Positions 18,130 to 28,613 are shown, counted from the stretch's first letter. The stretch is DNA of 64,000 nt from Litorivivens sp. (GCA_041638115.1 JBFKXO010000001.1:1693-65692), one strand, 5' to 3'. Numbers and translations: made by a program. Notes: generated by a model from the letters alone, not told the origin.

Positions 18130-19326
18130 TTAGAAGGCAAATCCAATCTGCATGCCGAGGCCAAGCGATTCACCACCCGCTTTGAAGACGCCGAGGTCGA
18201 CATTGAAGGCGCTGCCCGCGCTGAAGCCGAAGCCCAGGCTGACCGAATCGTCATAGTTGCTGGACAGATCGGTTCGATAGCCCAGTCGCAGTTGCCCCCA
18301 GTTGCCGGCACGTAATTCCAGCCCCAGTTTGGCGTCTTGACGATCCGGTAGAACCGAGAAGCCTTCCCGTTTGTTCACATCCAGATCAAAGTTGATATGC
18401 GCTGGTCCTGCGGTGTAGTTCACGGCGGCTACCAGCTGGGGCTTGCTGTCAAAATCGTCGCTCAAGGGGCCGCTGTAACTTTTGGGTATCAGGTTGCGGA
18501 TGACGGCACCGACCGCCAGTTTTTCGTTCAGCCGGGTGTGGGCGCCGATATCGACATTGAAGCCGGTGTGGTCTTTTCGATTTTGATCATCATTGGCATC
18601 ACTGAGGCTATCAAACGCGCCGATCGCCACGCGGTAATCAATAATGCGGATGTCCTGATACTTGAACGTGGCGCCAATGGTGACGGGTGCCGGAAGTTGA
18701 ATCAGGCTCATTTCGCGGGCGGCGGTAACGCCCAGCTCGGCGACGGCGACCCCCGATGCTTTCAGTGGTGAAACAAGGCTGTTTTCGTCAAAGCTGCCAG
18801 TGGTTTCCGAATTGCGGATGGTCTGTACGTCGCGGTCGTCCAGTTCGAAGGTGGCGGCTACATCGGCGGTAACCCCAAGGCTCACCGCATAGGAGTAATT
18901 GCCACCTGCTGCTGTCTTCGGTATTCCGAACACCATGGTGTCGTCCAGGCCGATTTGCACGATGTCGCCATCCATGGCCCGCAGTGCGGCAATCACCGGC
19001 TCGCTGTCACCCGACTGCACAGTTCCGGCGTCGGATTTGCGTTCCAGTTCGTCAATGGCGTCCTCGCCGTCTTCGACGTCGTCGATCAGCCCATCCTCAT
19101 CAAAGGCATTGACACCGAGGCTCCAGCTAAAGGCGAAAGTGTCCACTTCTTTGGCCAGATGGTGGGTGTGGGCTGGATTGTGGCGTACAGATTCGATCCC
19201 ACGGCTGCTCGCGACGCCGGTATCGGACAAGCCGACGGAGCGGGCATCGAGAACGACCGCAGATGCGCCAGTTGCCGTGACGCAAGTGAGTGCGGCAAAG
19301 GTTAGAGTTGTTAGGTGTTTATTCAT
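18130..19326 (-). CDS. TraF-family (TraF_2-like) outer-membrane beta-barrel protein
   Basis: Signal peptide, DARSVGLSDTGVAS...NPA, GFNVDIG, QLRLGYRTDL, terminal GFAF. Confidence 0.7.
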   Translation of the reverse strand: MNKHLTTLTFAALTCVTATGASAVVLDARSVGLSDTGVASSRGIESVRHNPAHTHHLAKEVDTFAFSWSLGVNAFDEDGLIDDVEDGEDAIDELERKSDAGTVQSGDSEPVIAALRAMDGDIVQIGLDDTMVFGIPKTAAGGNYSYAVSLGVTADVAATFELDDRDVQTIRNSETTGSFDENSLVSPLKASGVAVAELGVTAAREMSLIQLPAPVTIGATFKYQDIRIIDYRVAIGAFDSLSDANDDQNRKDHTGFNVDIGAHTRLNEKLAVGAVIRNLIPKSYSGPLSDDFDSKPQLVAAVNYTAGPAHINFDLDVNKREGFSVLPDRQDAKLGLELRAGNWGQLRLGYRTDLSSNYDDSVSLGFGFSAGSAFNVDLGVFKAGGESLGLGMQIGFAF

Positions 19327-19421
19327 TGGTTTCCCCTGAGAAGCATTATTGTGCGACCAGAATAAGGGAAATTTATGAAAAGCGGGAGTGCCAGTGAGAG
19401 AAATCGGTGTGTTGGCTCATC

Positions 19422-19455
19422 AAGCACACCGGCGAGTACCCCGGTGTGCTTTTTT
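19422..19455 (+). terminator. Intrinsic terminator-like hairpin
   Basis: AAGCACACCGG-CGAGTACC-CCGGTGTGCTT followed by a T tract. Confidence 0.6.
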
Positions 19456-19456
19456 G

Positions 19457-19674
19457 GGTTCATCGTAAATTCGGGTGGGATCCGAAATTTATTGAGCTTT
19501 TGATAGTCAACAAGGCGTTTCACCCTGTCCCTCTCCCGGAGGGAGAGGGGACTAAACGTGCTAGATCTGAGCACTGCGTCGGCCCCTGCGAAGGACGCCC
19601 CCTCTCCCTCCGGGAGAGGGCTGGGGTGAGGGGGCCGCGGCAGTATAACTCTCCACCCGAATTTACGATGAACC
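19457..19674. repeat. Nested palindromic element: 22-bp perfect terminal inverted repeats enclosing two inverted CCCTCTCCC..GGGAGAGGG units (MITE/REPIN-like)
   Basis: GGTTCATCGTAAATTCGGGTGG (19457-19478) and CCACCCGAATTTACGATGAACC (19653-19674). Inner units at 19520-19550 and 19599-19629. Confidence 0.85.
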
Positions 19675-19688
19675 TTTTTTTTTGGGGG

Positions 19689-20450
19689 TTAGCGAAGAAA
19701 ACGCAACAAGGCCGCCCAGCTTTCCTTGTCGGCTTTCGCATCGTAGGCCACCGGCAGTCCGGTTTCCTTGCCCTTGGCGGTCGCGCCGGGGTTGGTAAAG
19801 CTGTGCAGCACGCCGGGGAAGCTGAGTAGAGTCAGGTCGACTCCGGCTTTGCTCATTTCGGTAACAAAGGTTCCAACCTGCTCCGGCGGGACCATGGGGT
19901 CGGCCCCGCCAGTGGCGACCAGTACTTTCGCTTTCACTTTGTCTTTTTCTGCGGGGGTTTCTGTGCCCAGTGAGCCGTGGAAGCTGGCAACACCTGCCAG
20001 GTCATTCCCCATTCGCGCCTGGTGTAGAACCACTGCGCCACCGAAGCAGTAACCGATAGCGAAAATGCGGTCTACGTTCTTCAGCTTTTCCAGCTCGGCT
20101 TTGGCGGCGTTGAAGCGCGCGTTGATCTTTTCGGGTTCGGCCATGGCGGCATTCATAAACGCGGTAGCTTCTTTGGGGTGGCTGGCGACTTTGCCGTGGC
20201 CGTACATATCCACAGCGATGGCGGCGTAGCCTTCTTCGGCCAGCTGCCGGGCGCGGTTGCGGGCGTAGTCGTTCAGTCCCCACCATTCGTGGATCACGAT
20301 AACCCCGGTGTCTGTCTTACCGCGCGGCGTGTAGAGCACCGCGCTGCCGAGACCGTCGGGAAGTTCGACATGTTTTGCTTTGGGGGCTGCCTGGATTAGG
20401 CCGGTGCTTGCCGCTGCAAGCAGAATCAACAGAGCGCGAAGAATTTTCAT
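19689..20450 (-). CDS. Dienelactone hydrolase family protein (exported)
   Basis: HEWWGLND, GYCFGG nucleophile motif, HSFTNP. Signal peptide and GGAG RBS. Confidence 0.9.
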   Translation of the reverse strand: MKILRALLILLAAASTGLIQAAPKAKHVELPDGLGSAVLYTPRGKTDTGVIVIHEWWGLNDYARNRARQLAEEGYAAIAVDMYGHGKVASHPKEATAFMNAAMAEPEKINARFNAAKAELEKLKNVDRIFAIGYCFGGAVVLHQARMGNDLAGVASFHGSLGTETPAEKDKVKAKVLVATGGADPMVPPEQVGTFVTEMSKAGVDLTLLSFPGVLHSFTNPGATAKGKETGLPVAYDAKADKESWAALLRFLR

Positions 20451-20554
20451 GGTTAACTCCTGTGCGAGGGAGTTTCTAGTGTAGGCGACTGAGCCGCAAT
20501 TCAAAACTCGCTCTATTTGGGGTCAGGGTAAAAATAGCTTGTGGCGTGCTCGTG

Positions 20555-22438
20555 TCAGCTACCTGCGTCCTCTAATGCTTCCTGTGCGCTCAACCACTCT
20601 TCTTCCGCGGTTTCCAGCGCTTGCCGGGTGTCGCCCTGTTCGCGCAGCAGGGTTTGCAGTTGGGTCTTGTTTTGAGGCTCGTATAGCGCGGTATCTGACA
20701 ACAGCTCTTCAAGCTCTGCCAGGCGCTTGTTGGCCTTGTCCATGGAAGCTTCCAGGGCTTTTACCTGTTTGCGCAGAGGCGCAAGGCGGGCGCGCTCGGC
20801 GGCCGCATCCTGGCGGGCACGCTTTTTGTCCTGGGGTTTGTCGGGCGCTTTATCCGCCGCCGGTTTGGCTTCTTCCGTGGCCCGCGTCAGAATCCAGCGG
20901 CGGTAATCGTCGAGATCGCCTTCGTAGGGTTCGGCTTTACCCTCATTGACCAGCAGCAAGTCATCCACCGTATTGCGCAATAGATGACGGTCGTGCGAGA
21001 CCACAATCAGGGCGCCTTCGAAGCCTTGCAGGGCGACGGTAAGGGCCTGACACATCTCCAGATCCAGATGATTGGTAGGCTCGTCGAGCAGCAGCAGGTT
21101 GGGTTTTTGCCAGACGATGATAGCCAGTGCCAGGCGCGCCTTTTCGCCGCCCGAAAAATAGCGGCAGGAACCCGTGGCCATGTCGCCACGAATATTAAAG
21201 CTGCCCAGAAAGTTGAGAATTTCCTGCTCACGAGCAGCGGGGGCCAGGCGCTGCAGTTGGGTAGCGGGGCTGGCATCCAGATCGAGCGATTCCAGCTGGT
21301 GCTGACTGAAGTAGCCCAGCGCCAGGTGTTCGCCTTGGGTGCGCCGCCCATCTAAAATCGGCAACACGCCGCCCAAGGTTTTGAGCAGGGTCGATTTACC
21401 GGCGCCATTGGCTCCGAGCAGGCCGATCCGGCTGCCCGGATGCACGCTCAGTTTGATATTGCGCAAGATGGATTTTCCCTCGTAGCCCAGCTCGGCCTGC
21501 GTCAGGGTAAGCAGCGGGTCCGACATTTTGTCGGGCTCGGGGAATCGGAAACTGAACGGTGAATCCACGTGGGCGGGCGCGATCTCGGTCATTCGTTCCA
21601 GGGCTTTGATGCGGCTCTGGGCCTGACGCGCTTTAGTGGCTTTGGCCTTGAAACGCCGAATGAAGTTTTCCATGTGCGCAATTTCGGCCTGCTGTTTCTC
21701 ATAGGCCGCCTGTTGCTGCGCCAGCTTTTCTGCGCGCTGGCGTTCAAAGGCTGAATAATTGCCGCGATAATGCGTGAGCGTGTGCTTACTTAGGTGGGCT
21801 ACCTGATCACAGGTGGCATCGATAAAATCCCGGTCGTGGGAAATCAGCATCAAGGTGCCGTTGTAAGCCTGCAGCCACTGTTCCAGCCAGAGGGTGGCAT
21901 CCATATCCAGGTGGTTGGTGGGCTCATCGAGTAACAATAGATCAGATGGCCGCATCAGGGCTTGCGCCAGATTCAGACGAATCCGCCAGCCTCCGGAAAA
22001 ATCGCGCACCGGCGTTTGCAGCTGCGCCTGCTTAAAGCCAAGCCCAAGCAAAAGTTGTTCGGCCTGGCTAGGGATGGTGTAGGCGTTGAGGGCGTCGAGC
22101 TGGCCGTGGAGCTCCGCCATAGCCATATCGTCGCTGCATTCGGCCAGGGCCTTCTCAACGTGGCGGAATTCGGTATGGCCGTCGATCACGTAATCTACGG
22201 CTGGCCGATCGCTGGCAGAGACCTCCTGAGCCATATGGGCGATGCGCCACTGCTTGGGAATTCGTACACTGCCTCGATCGGGCTCAAGCTCCCCGCGGAG
22301 CAGCGCAAACAGGCTGGACTTGCCGCTGCCGTTGGCACCTATAAGGGCGACATGGTCGCCGTCGTGCAGGCGCAAATCGGCGCTTTCTAGCAAAGTTTTG
22401 CCGCCGCGTAGTAAGCTTAACTGTTCGAATTCAATCAT
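20555..22438 (-). CDS. yheS: ABC-F family ATPase (YheS-like)
   Basis: Two ABC cassettes (GANGSGKS, FSGGWRIRL, LLLDEPTNHLD; GANGAGKS, FSGGEKARL), no TM segments, coiled-coil tail. Confidence 0.85.
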   Translation of the reverse strand: MIEFEQLSLLRGGKTLLESADLRLHDGDHVALIGANGSGKSSLFALLRGELEPDRGSVRIPKQWRIAHMAQEVSASDRPAVDYVIDGHTEFRHVEKALAECSDDMAMAELHGQLDALNAYTIPSQAEQLLLGLGFKQAQLQTPVRDFSGGWRIRLNLAQALMRPSDLLLLDEPTNHLDMDATLWLEQWLQAYNGTLMLISHDRDFIDATCDQVAHLSKHTLTHYRGNYSAFERQRAEKLAQQQAAYEKQQAEIAHMENFIRRFKAKATKARQAQSRIKALERMTEIAPAHVDSPFSFRFPEPDKMSDPLLTLTQAELGYEGKSILRNIKLSVHPGSRIGLLGANGAGKSTLLKTLGGVLPILDGRRTQGEHLALGYFSQHQLESLDLDASPATQLQRLAPAAREQEILNFLGSFNIRGDMATGSCRYFSGGEKARLALAIIVWQKPNLLLLDEPTNHLDLEMCQALTVALQGFEGALIVVSHDRHLLRNTVDDLLLVNEGKAEPYEGDLDDYRRWILTRATEEAKPAADKAPDKPQDKKRARQDAAAERARLAPLRKQVKALEASMDKANKRLAELEELLSDTALYEPQNKTQLQTLLREQGDTRQALETAEEEWLSAQEALEDAGS

Positions 22439-22463
22439 GGGCGGCGATTATAACGGAGGCGCT

Positions 22464-22955
22464 GTGGCCGACAATGCCCTTTGGCAATATAGCTTACTGG
22501 TTTACTCCCATCCGCGAGTACACAAACTGTGCCAGAAGCTGCAGGACGACTACGGCGCGGACGTCAATCTGCTGCTGTCTGCCTGCTGGCTGGCGAAGCG
22601 CGGCATTGTGTGGTCGCCAGAGCAGGTGGTAGACATGGTCTCCCACAGCCAGGCCTTTCGCGAAAACTACCTGCTGGAAGTGCGCGCCCTGCGCCGGCGC
22701 ATGAAGCCCATCGCACCGCCGAATATCTACCAGGAAGCCCAGCGGTTTGAAATGGCGGTAGAGCGCTGGCAGCAGGACGAAATCCACAGTTATTGGCAGA
22801 AGGCCGCTATTTCGCCGAAAAAGCAGTCTTTTCCCCTCTGTGCGCAGACCAACCTGCATCGCTACTTCGACCAGCTCAAACTGGCCTGGAACGGCTTGCT
22901 GGGTGAGTTGATCGAGGCTGTCGCGGCAGTACCACCGGCGGAAGGCGATATCTAA
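22464..22955 (+). CDS. TIGR02444 (DUF2390) family protein
   Basis: LWQYSL.VY..P.V...C..LQD.YGADVNLLL..CWL. GTG start after GGAGG, divergent from yheS as usual. Confidence 0.8.
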   Translation: MADNALWQYSLLVYSHPRVHKLCQKLQDDYGADVNLLLSACWLAKRGIVWSPEQVVDMVSHSQAFRENYLLEVRALRRRMKPIAPPNIYQEAQRFEMAVERWQQDEIHSYWQKAAISPKKQSFPLCAQTNLHRYFDQLKLAWNGLLGELIEAVAAVPPAEGDI

Positions 22956-22964
22956 GCGACAGAA

Positions 22965-23804
22965 TTAATCGATATCGAAAATGGACGCCACCGTGTCGGA
23001 TTTGGATTTCGGCCGACTGATGGTGTCTGGCAGCACGGTCGCCTTGCGACGAGGCGGCGGCGGGGGTTCTGGCGGCTCAGGGCGCGGTGCAGCAGGCACA
23101 GGTTTAGCGTCGGCGGTGCTTTTGGCTGCTTCAGGCGCCGCCTTGGGCGTCGTTTTTTTGCCTTTGCCGCCCTTATCGGTATCTGCGGCAGCCTTGGGTG
23201 CGGCGGCTTTCGGCGCTTTGGCCTTCGGAGCAGCTGTTTTATAAGCCGTGGTTTTAGATGCTGTGGTATTAGAAGAAGGTTTTTTTGAGACCGCAGCCTT
23301 AGAATCGGCCGCTTTCGTTTTAGTGCTGGGCTGAGCTTTCGCCGCCGCTTTGGGTTTGGCCGCAGCCTTGGCTTTCGGTTGGGCTTTGGCCGGTGTTTTT
23401 GGCTTTGCGGCAGCGCGTTTGACTGCCTTGGGCTTGGGCAAATCGCGAATTGCGGCCTTTTCGGCGGCAGCTTCTGCTTTTTCCTGGTCGATTTCCGCTT
23501 TTACTTCAGCAATGCGTGCTTTCGCGTCAGCAGCTGCTGTTTCCGCTGCTGCCAGCGCCTTTTCCGCTTTGGTCAGGGCGGCTTGGGCGCTTTTGGTTTG
23601 GGCCGGCGTTTTAGCGGCACGCAGCTTCTGCTGCGCCGTTTTCACTGCAGTTTTCTGCTTTTTGACGTCGTTGTCCGCCTTTTCGGCGGCCTTTTTCGCC
23701 TTTGTCAGCTGCTGATCCTGAGTATTCAGGAGCTTTTCTCGCAAGGCAGCCAGCTTGTTTTCCAGTGCTTCCACGCTGCCTGCCTTCTTATTATTGCCTG
23801 GCAT
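22965..23804 (-). CDS. AlgP-like Lys/Ala-rich histone H1-like protein
   Basis: Coiled-coil N-terminus, AKPK/AAPK repeats, position between TIGR02444 and FKBP as for Pseudomonas algP. Confidence 0.65.
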   Translation of the reverse strand: MPGNNKKAGSVEALENKLAALREKLLNTQDQQLTKAKKAAEKADNDVKKQKTAVKTAQQKLRAAKTPAQTKSAQAALTKAEKALAAAETAAADAKARIAEVKAEIDQEKAEAAAEKAAIRDLPKPKAVKRAAAKPKTPAKAQPKAKAAAKPKAAAKAQPSTKTKAADSKAAVSKKPSSNTTASKTTAYKTAAPKAKAPKAAAPKAAADTDKGGKGKKTTPKAAPEAAKSTADAKPVPAAPRPEPPEPPPPPRRKATVLPDTISRPKSKSDTVASIFDID

Positions 23805-23965
23805 GCTTCCTAACCTTCCGAAATGTTTAAAAAAACATCAATTCCATTATACAAACTTGGAACACTATAGCTATTGTCCGCCGCCCAAAATGTGGCAGAC
23901 TGTCGCCCCTGTTGTGCCGAACAGCGGCACGAAATTCTCCTAAGAGTAGACGAGAAGGTACTGGA

Positions 23966-24688
23966 ATGAAAAGAAAAGTCTTCGCCGTAGCGACGCTGGC
24001 CACAGTTTTGGCTGCCTGTGACAGCAAGGAAGCGGCTGCCCCGGCAGAGGTAACATTGGATTCAGAAATGCAGAAAGTCAGCTACAGCTTTGGTGTCGAC
24101 TTGGGCAAGCGCATCGGCCAAAACATGGATCTGGATGTGACCGCCTTCAGCGCCGGTGTCAGTGATGGTATCGAAGGTGGTGAGATGCAGATGTCCGAAG
24201 AGGACATGATGGCCACCCTGCAGGGCTACCAGCAGAAGAAAATGGCCGAGATGCAGGCTGAAGCCGAGAAAGATGCTGAGGAAAATCGCAAGGCCTCTGA
24301 GGCTTTCCTGGCTGAAAACGCCGAGAAAGAGGGCGTTGTGGTGCTGGATAGCGGTCTGCAATACAAGGTGATTGACGCCGGTGATGGCGCCAAGCCCAGT
24401 GCGGATGACGTGGTTGAAGTGCACTACCGCGGCACACTGATCGATGGTACCGAGTTCGACAGTTCTTACGCCCGTGGCGAAAGCATCACCTTCCCGGTGA
24501 ATGGCGTCATTGCTGGCTGGACCGAAGCACTGCAGCTGATGCCTGTCGGCAGCAAGTGGGAGCTCTACATTCCCTCAGATCTGGCCTATGGTCCCGGCGG
24601 CACTCAAGGCGCCATCGGCCCGAATCAGGCGCTGATTTTCGAAGTTGAGCTGCTGGCCATTGAAGAGCAGGGCGGCGAAGAAGGCTGA
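23966..24688 (+). CDS. FKBP-type peptidyl-prolyl isomerase (FkpA/FklB/Mip-like lipoprotein)
   Basis: KVSYSFG, SGLQYKV, VHYRGTLIDGTEFDSSY, VIAGWTEALQLM, LIFEVELL. Confidence 0.95.
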   Translation: MKRKVFAVATLATVLAACDSKEAAAPAEVTLDSEMQKVSYSFGVDLGKRIGQNMDLDVTAFSAGVSDGIEGGEMQMSEEDMMATLQGYQQKKMAEMQAEAEKDAEENRKASEAFLAENAEKEGVVVLDSGLQYKVIDAGDGAKPSADDVVEVHYRGTLIDGTEFDSSYARGESITFPVNGVIAGWTEALQLMPVGSKWELYIPSDLAYGPGGTQGAIGPNQALIFEVELLAIEEQGGEEG

Positions 24689-24697
24689 TCTGAGACT

Positions 24698-24726
24698 CGC
24701 CGGGCCTCGGCTTACGAGGTCCGGCG
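24698..24726. terminator. Hairpin between convergent genes
   Basis: CGCCGGGCCTCG-GCTTA-CGAGGTCCGGCG. Confidence 0.55.
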
Positions 24727-24738
24727 CATCATCAAGGT

Positions 24739-25176
24739 CTACGGCGTTGAGCGCCGCAGGCTGAAGTTATACACACTGAATTGACCATCGCTGACTAACA
24801 GCGTTGTGGTCACCAGTGCTTCTCCCCCTTCAAACCGCGCCGGAAAGCTGTAGCTCAGGCGCTGTTCCTCACCAAACACCGACAAGGCCGCTGTCAGGTT
24901 CGAAAACTGCGGTTTATCCATCGATTTGAAACGCCCGAGAGATTGGTATTCCTCTACGACGCGGTTGAGCTGCTCATTGCTGACCACTTCCCGAGCGGCA
25001 GGCGCCAGATGCTGACGCAAAATATCCGGTTGCCAGCGTGAGATATCGCTAAGCGTATCCTCCAGATAAAGCCTGGCATTGGCGGAGTATTTATCGTCCT
25101 GCTGGGTGGCGTAGTAGTAGAGGCCGCCAAAGACCAGCAGGCAGAACAGGATAAAAACGTGCAGTGGCCTGAGCAT
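24739..25176 (-). CDS. Hypothetical membrane-anchored protein
   Basis: N-terminal TM helix, start overlaps the stop of the upstream transporter. Confidence 0.65.
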   Translation of the reverse strand: MLRPLHVFILFCLLVFGGLYYYATQQDDKYSANARLYLEDTLSDISRWQPDILRQHLAPAAREVVSNEQLNRVVEEYQSLGRFKSMDKPQFSNLTAALSVFGEEQRLSYSFPARFEGGEALVTTTLLVSDGQFSVYNFSLRRSTP

Positions 25177-26492
25177 CAGATCAACCCGATGCTGTGCAGG
25201 AACACCACCAGGATACCCAGCGGAGCGATATAGCGCAGCGCGAAATACCAAAACCGGAAAAAGGTATCGGTATCAAAGGCTACCGCTTCTTTCACGTGCT
25301 CTCTGTTCATAACATAGCCGGCAAAGATGGCGATCAGCAGGCCACCGATGGGCAGGATATAGTTGGCGGTGATGTGATCCAAAGTGTCGAAAAAGACGCC
25401 GGACTGAATACAGGCAATGCCGCCCAGCCAGCCAATCATGGCAGCGCCAAAGGTGCCCAGCTTGCGGTCAACACCGTGGCGTTCCAGCCAGGCCACACCG
25501 GGCTCGATCAGAGAGATCGAGGAGCTGAGCGCTGCAATGCTCACCAGAATAAAAAACAAGCTGCCGAAGATCATGCCGCCCGGCATGTGGGCAAACGCGA
25601 TGGGCAGCGATACAAACATCAGGCCCGGACCGGAGCTGGGCTCGAGATTGTTCGCGAATACCAGCGGAAAAATGGCCATACCGGCAATCAGGGCAATCAG
25701 GGTGTCGAGCAAGCCAATCGTGATCACGGTTTTGCCGATGGAGTGCTCGCCGGGCATGTAGGCGCCGTAGGCCATAATGGCGCCCATACCCAAGCTAAGG
25801 GTAAAGAAAGCGTGACCCAGCGCTACCAGCACGGCCTCAGTCGAAAGCTTTGAAAAATCCGGGGTGTACATAAACTTCAGGCTGGCGATAAAGTCGCCGG
25901 TGGCCCAGCTGTAGCCCAGCAGAATCAACAGGAACACGATCAGCAGTGGCATCAGGATTTCGACCGCGCGACCGATACCACCGGTCACACCCGCGGCAAT
26001 CACACCGCCGGTAAACACCACAAACAACGTTTGCCAGCCCCACTGACGCATAAAATTGCCGGTCATGGCGCCGAAGTTGTTCTCAATGGTGGCCGCATCC
26101 TGACCATCGTAAAAAGCGCTAAGGCTCTGCCAGCTGTAGTCCAGCGCCCAGCCGGCCACTACGCTGTAGAACATCAGAATCAACAAGCCGCCGATCACCC
26201 CGCCGATGCCGACAATACTCCATATCTTGGGCGCGCCTTCGCGCTCGGTAAGTATCAGCATGGCATCAACCGGGTTGGCCCGGGTGGTACGGCCGAGCAT
26301 CACCTCCGCAATCATCACCGGGACGCCGACGGCCAAAATACAGGCCAGGTAAACCAGGACAAAGGCGCCACCACCGTACTCGCCGGTGATGTAGGGAAAC
26401 TTCCAGATATTGCCCAGGCCGACGGCGGATCCTGTGGCGGCGAGGATAAATGTCCAGCGTTTGGACCAGTGATCTTTAACGGTAGCGGTCAT
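25176..26492 (-). CDS. Sodium-dependent transporter (NSS/SNF family)
   Basis: GSAVGLGNIWKFPY, GGGAF, AFFTLSLG, GPGLMF. Confidence 0.95.
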   Translation of the reverse strand: MTATVKDHWSKRWTFILAATGSAVGLGNIWKFPYITGEYGGGAFVLVYLACILAVGVPVMIAEVMLGRTTRANPVDAMLILTEREGAPKIWSIVGIGGVIGGLLILMFYSVVAGWALDYSWQSLSAFYDGQDAATIENNFGAMTGNFMRQWGWQTLFVVFTGGVIAAGVTGGIGRAVEILMPLLIVFLLILLGYSWATGDFIASLKFMYTPDFSKLSTEAVLVALGHAFFTLSLGMGAIMAYGAYMPGEHSIGKTVITIGLLDTLIALIAGMAIFPLVFANNLEPSSGPGLMFVSLPIAFAHMPGGMIFGSLFFILVSIAALSSSISLIEPGVAWLERHGVDRKLGTFGAAMIGWLGGIACIQSGVFFDTLDHITANYILPIGGLLIAIFAGYVMNREHVKEAVAFDTDTFFRFWYFALRYIAPLGILVVFLHSIGLI

Positions 26493-26711
26493 AGAGGCAG
26501 GCTTTGTTTTAATTTGCCGCGATTGTAGCGGGATTCTGGCGTTAAACCCAAGGCAGTTGCTCGTTTTATGGGCTATAATGCGCGCCGCTCGCAATCGGCG
26601 GGCCGGTGAAGCTTGATTCTGACAGACAATTCTTCCCCACACATCCGTATTTTCAACGAGGCTGCCACGGGCTGACCTCGCACTATCGGGGCAGACCCCA
26701 GAGAACTCCCA

Positions 26712-28529
26712 ATGATCGAAAACCTACGTAATATCGCGATTATCGCCCACGTTGACCATGGCAAAACCACCCTGGTTGATAAACTCCTGAGTCAGTCTGG
26801 TACCCTCGACCGCCGCAGTGAAGGCGCCGAGCGTATCATGGACTCCAACGACCAGGAGCGCGAACGCGGCATTACCATTCTCGCCAAAAACACCGCCATT
26901 AACTGGAACGGCTACCGCATCAATATCGTCGATACCCCCGGACACGCCGACTTTGGCGGGGAAGTAGAACGCGTACTGTCGATGGTCGACAGCGTATTGC
27001 TGCTGGTCGACGCGGTTGATGGCCCCATGCCTCAAACTCGCTTCGTGACCCAAAAGGCTTTCGAGCGCGGCCTCAAACCCATTGTTGTCGTGAACAAGAT
27101 CGACCGCCCCGGCGCGCGTCCGCACTGGGTTATCGATCAGGTTTTTGATCTGTTTGACCGCCTCGGCGCCACCGACGAGCAGCTGGATTTTCCCATCGTC
27201 TACGCCTCAGCACTCAATGGCTATGCCGGTCCGGAAGCCGACGAGCTGGCCGAGGATATGACACCCTTGTTTGAAATGATTGTCGACAAGGTGAGCCCTC
27301 CGCAAGTTGACGTTGACGCGCCTCTGCAGATGCAAATTTCGGCGTTGGATTACTCGAGCTATGTTGGCGTTATCGGGATTGGTCGTATCACTCGGGGAAC
27401 GCTCAAGCCAAGCCAGCCATTGGTGGTTGTTGATCGCCACGGAAAATCCCGCAAGGGACGTGTACTGAGCGTGATGGGCTATATGGGGCTGGAGCGCGTC
27501 GAAGTGCAGGAAGCAAAGGCTGGCGATATCGTTTGTATCACCGGCATCGAAGGCTTAAGCATTTCCGATACGCTGTGCGCTCCGGAAGCGGTTGAGGCCC
27601 TGCCCGCACTGACCGTCGACGAGCCCACGGTGAGCATGACCTTCCAGGTGAACGACTCGCCCTTCGCAGGCAAAGAAGGCAAGTACGTCACCACCCGCAA
27701 TATTTCCGAACGCCTCGAGCAGGAGCTGATTCACAATGTGGCCCTGCGCGTGCGTCAGGGCGATAGCCCGGACAAATTCATTGTCTCCGGTCGCGGCGAG
27801 CTGCACCTGTCGGTATTGATTGAAAATATGCGACGCGAAGGCTTTGAGCTGGGTGTCAGCCGGCCCGAAGTGGTTCAAAAGGTCGTTGACGGTGAAGTAC
27901 AAGAGCCTTTTGAGCAAGTGGTTATCGATGTGGAAGAGCAGCATCAGGGCGCAGTGATGGAAGAGCTGGGTCTGCGCAAAGCCGAGATGACCAACATGCA
28001 GCCTGACGGCAAGGGACGGGTGAAGCTCGAATTCATCATGCCCTCGCGCGGGCTGATCGGTTTCCGCTCACTGTTTCTGACCCTGACTTCGGGTTCGGGT
28101 ATTCTGACCAGTATTTTCGATCACTACGGCCCGGTGAAAATGGGTGATGTGGGTCGTCGCATCAACGGGGTGCTGGTCTCCATGGTGCAGGGCAAAACGC
28201 TCAGCTACGGTCTGTTCAACCTGCAGGATCGCGGCCGCCTGTTCCTGGGACACGGTGAAGAAGTGTATGAAGGTCAGATCATCGGTCTGCACTCGCGGGG
28301 CAACGATCTGGTCGTTAATCCCACCAAGGCCAAGCAACTGACCAACGTGCGCGCATCGGGCACCGATGAAGCCTTGACGCTGTCGCCGCCCGTCCGCCAT
28401 ACACTTGAACAGGCGCTGGAGTTCATCGAAGACGATGAGCTGGTGGAAGTGACGCCGGAGAGCATTCGCCTGCGCAAGAAGCTTCTGAAAGAACACGAGC
28501 GCAAGCGCGCCAGTAACGCCAAGGGCTGA
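26712..28529 (+). CDS. typA: Translational GTPase TypA/BipA
   Basis: [47 protein letters not shown]. Confidence 0.98.
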   Translation: MIENLRNIAIIAHVDHGKTTLVDKLLSQSGTLDRRSEGAERIMDSNDQERERGITILAKNTAINWNGYRINIVDTPGHADFGGEVERVLSMVDSVLLLVDAVDGPMPQTRFVTQKAFERGLKPIVVVNKIDRPGARPHWVIDQVFDLFDRLGATDEQLDFPIVYASALNGYAGPEADELAEDMTPLFEMIVDKVSPPQVDVDAPLQMQISALDYSSYVGVIGIGRITRGTLKPSQPLVVVDRHGKSRKGRVLSVMGYMGLERVEVQEAKAGDIVCITGIEGLSISDTLCAPEAVEALPALTVDEPTVSMTFQVNDSPFAGKEGKYVTTRNISERLEQELIHNVALRVRQGDSPDKFIVSGRGELHLSVLIENMRREGFELGVSRPEVVQKVVDGEVQEPFEQVVIDVEEQHQGAVMEELGLRKAEMTNMQPDGKGRVKLEFIMPSRGLIGFRSLFLTLTSGSGILTSIFDHYGPVKMGDVGRRINGVLVSMVQGKTLSYGLFNLQDRGRLFLGHGEEVYEGQIIGLHSRGNDLVVNPTKAKQLTNVRASGTDEALTLSPPVRHTLEQALEFIEDDELVEVTPESIRLRKKLLKEHERKRASNAKG

Positions 28530-28613
28530 TCGCCAATGCCAGCGGCGCCATCGCCGCTGGCTGCCAATTCGCTGAAAATGCTCTCATGGGCTAAGCTTTA
28601 ACAGCTGCGGTCC

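Noticed and set aside
18130-19326. Conjugative element suggested by the TraF family name
   Set aside because: No relaxase, T4SS or integrase genes in the window. This barrel family is commonly chromosomal
20517-20535. TTGGGGTCAGGGTAAAAAT, reminiscent of a GGGGTCAGA-type REP half-site
   Set aside because: Single degenerate copy with no partner in the window, so it cannot be supported
22965-23804. Low-complexity Lys/Ala/Pro repeats as a novel element
   Set aside because: Consistent with an AlgP-like histone-like protein at its usual syntenic position
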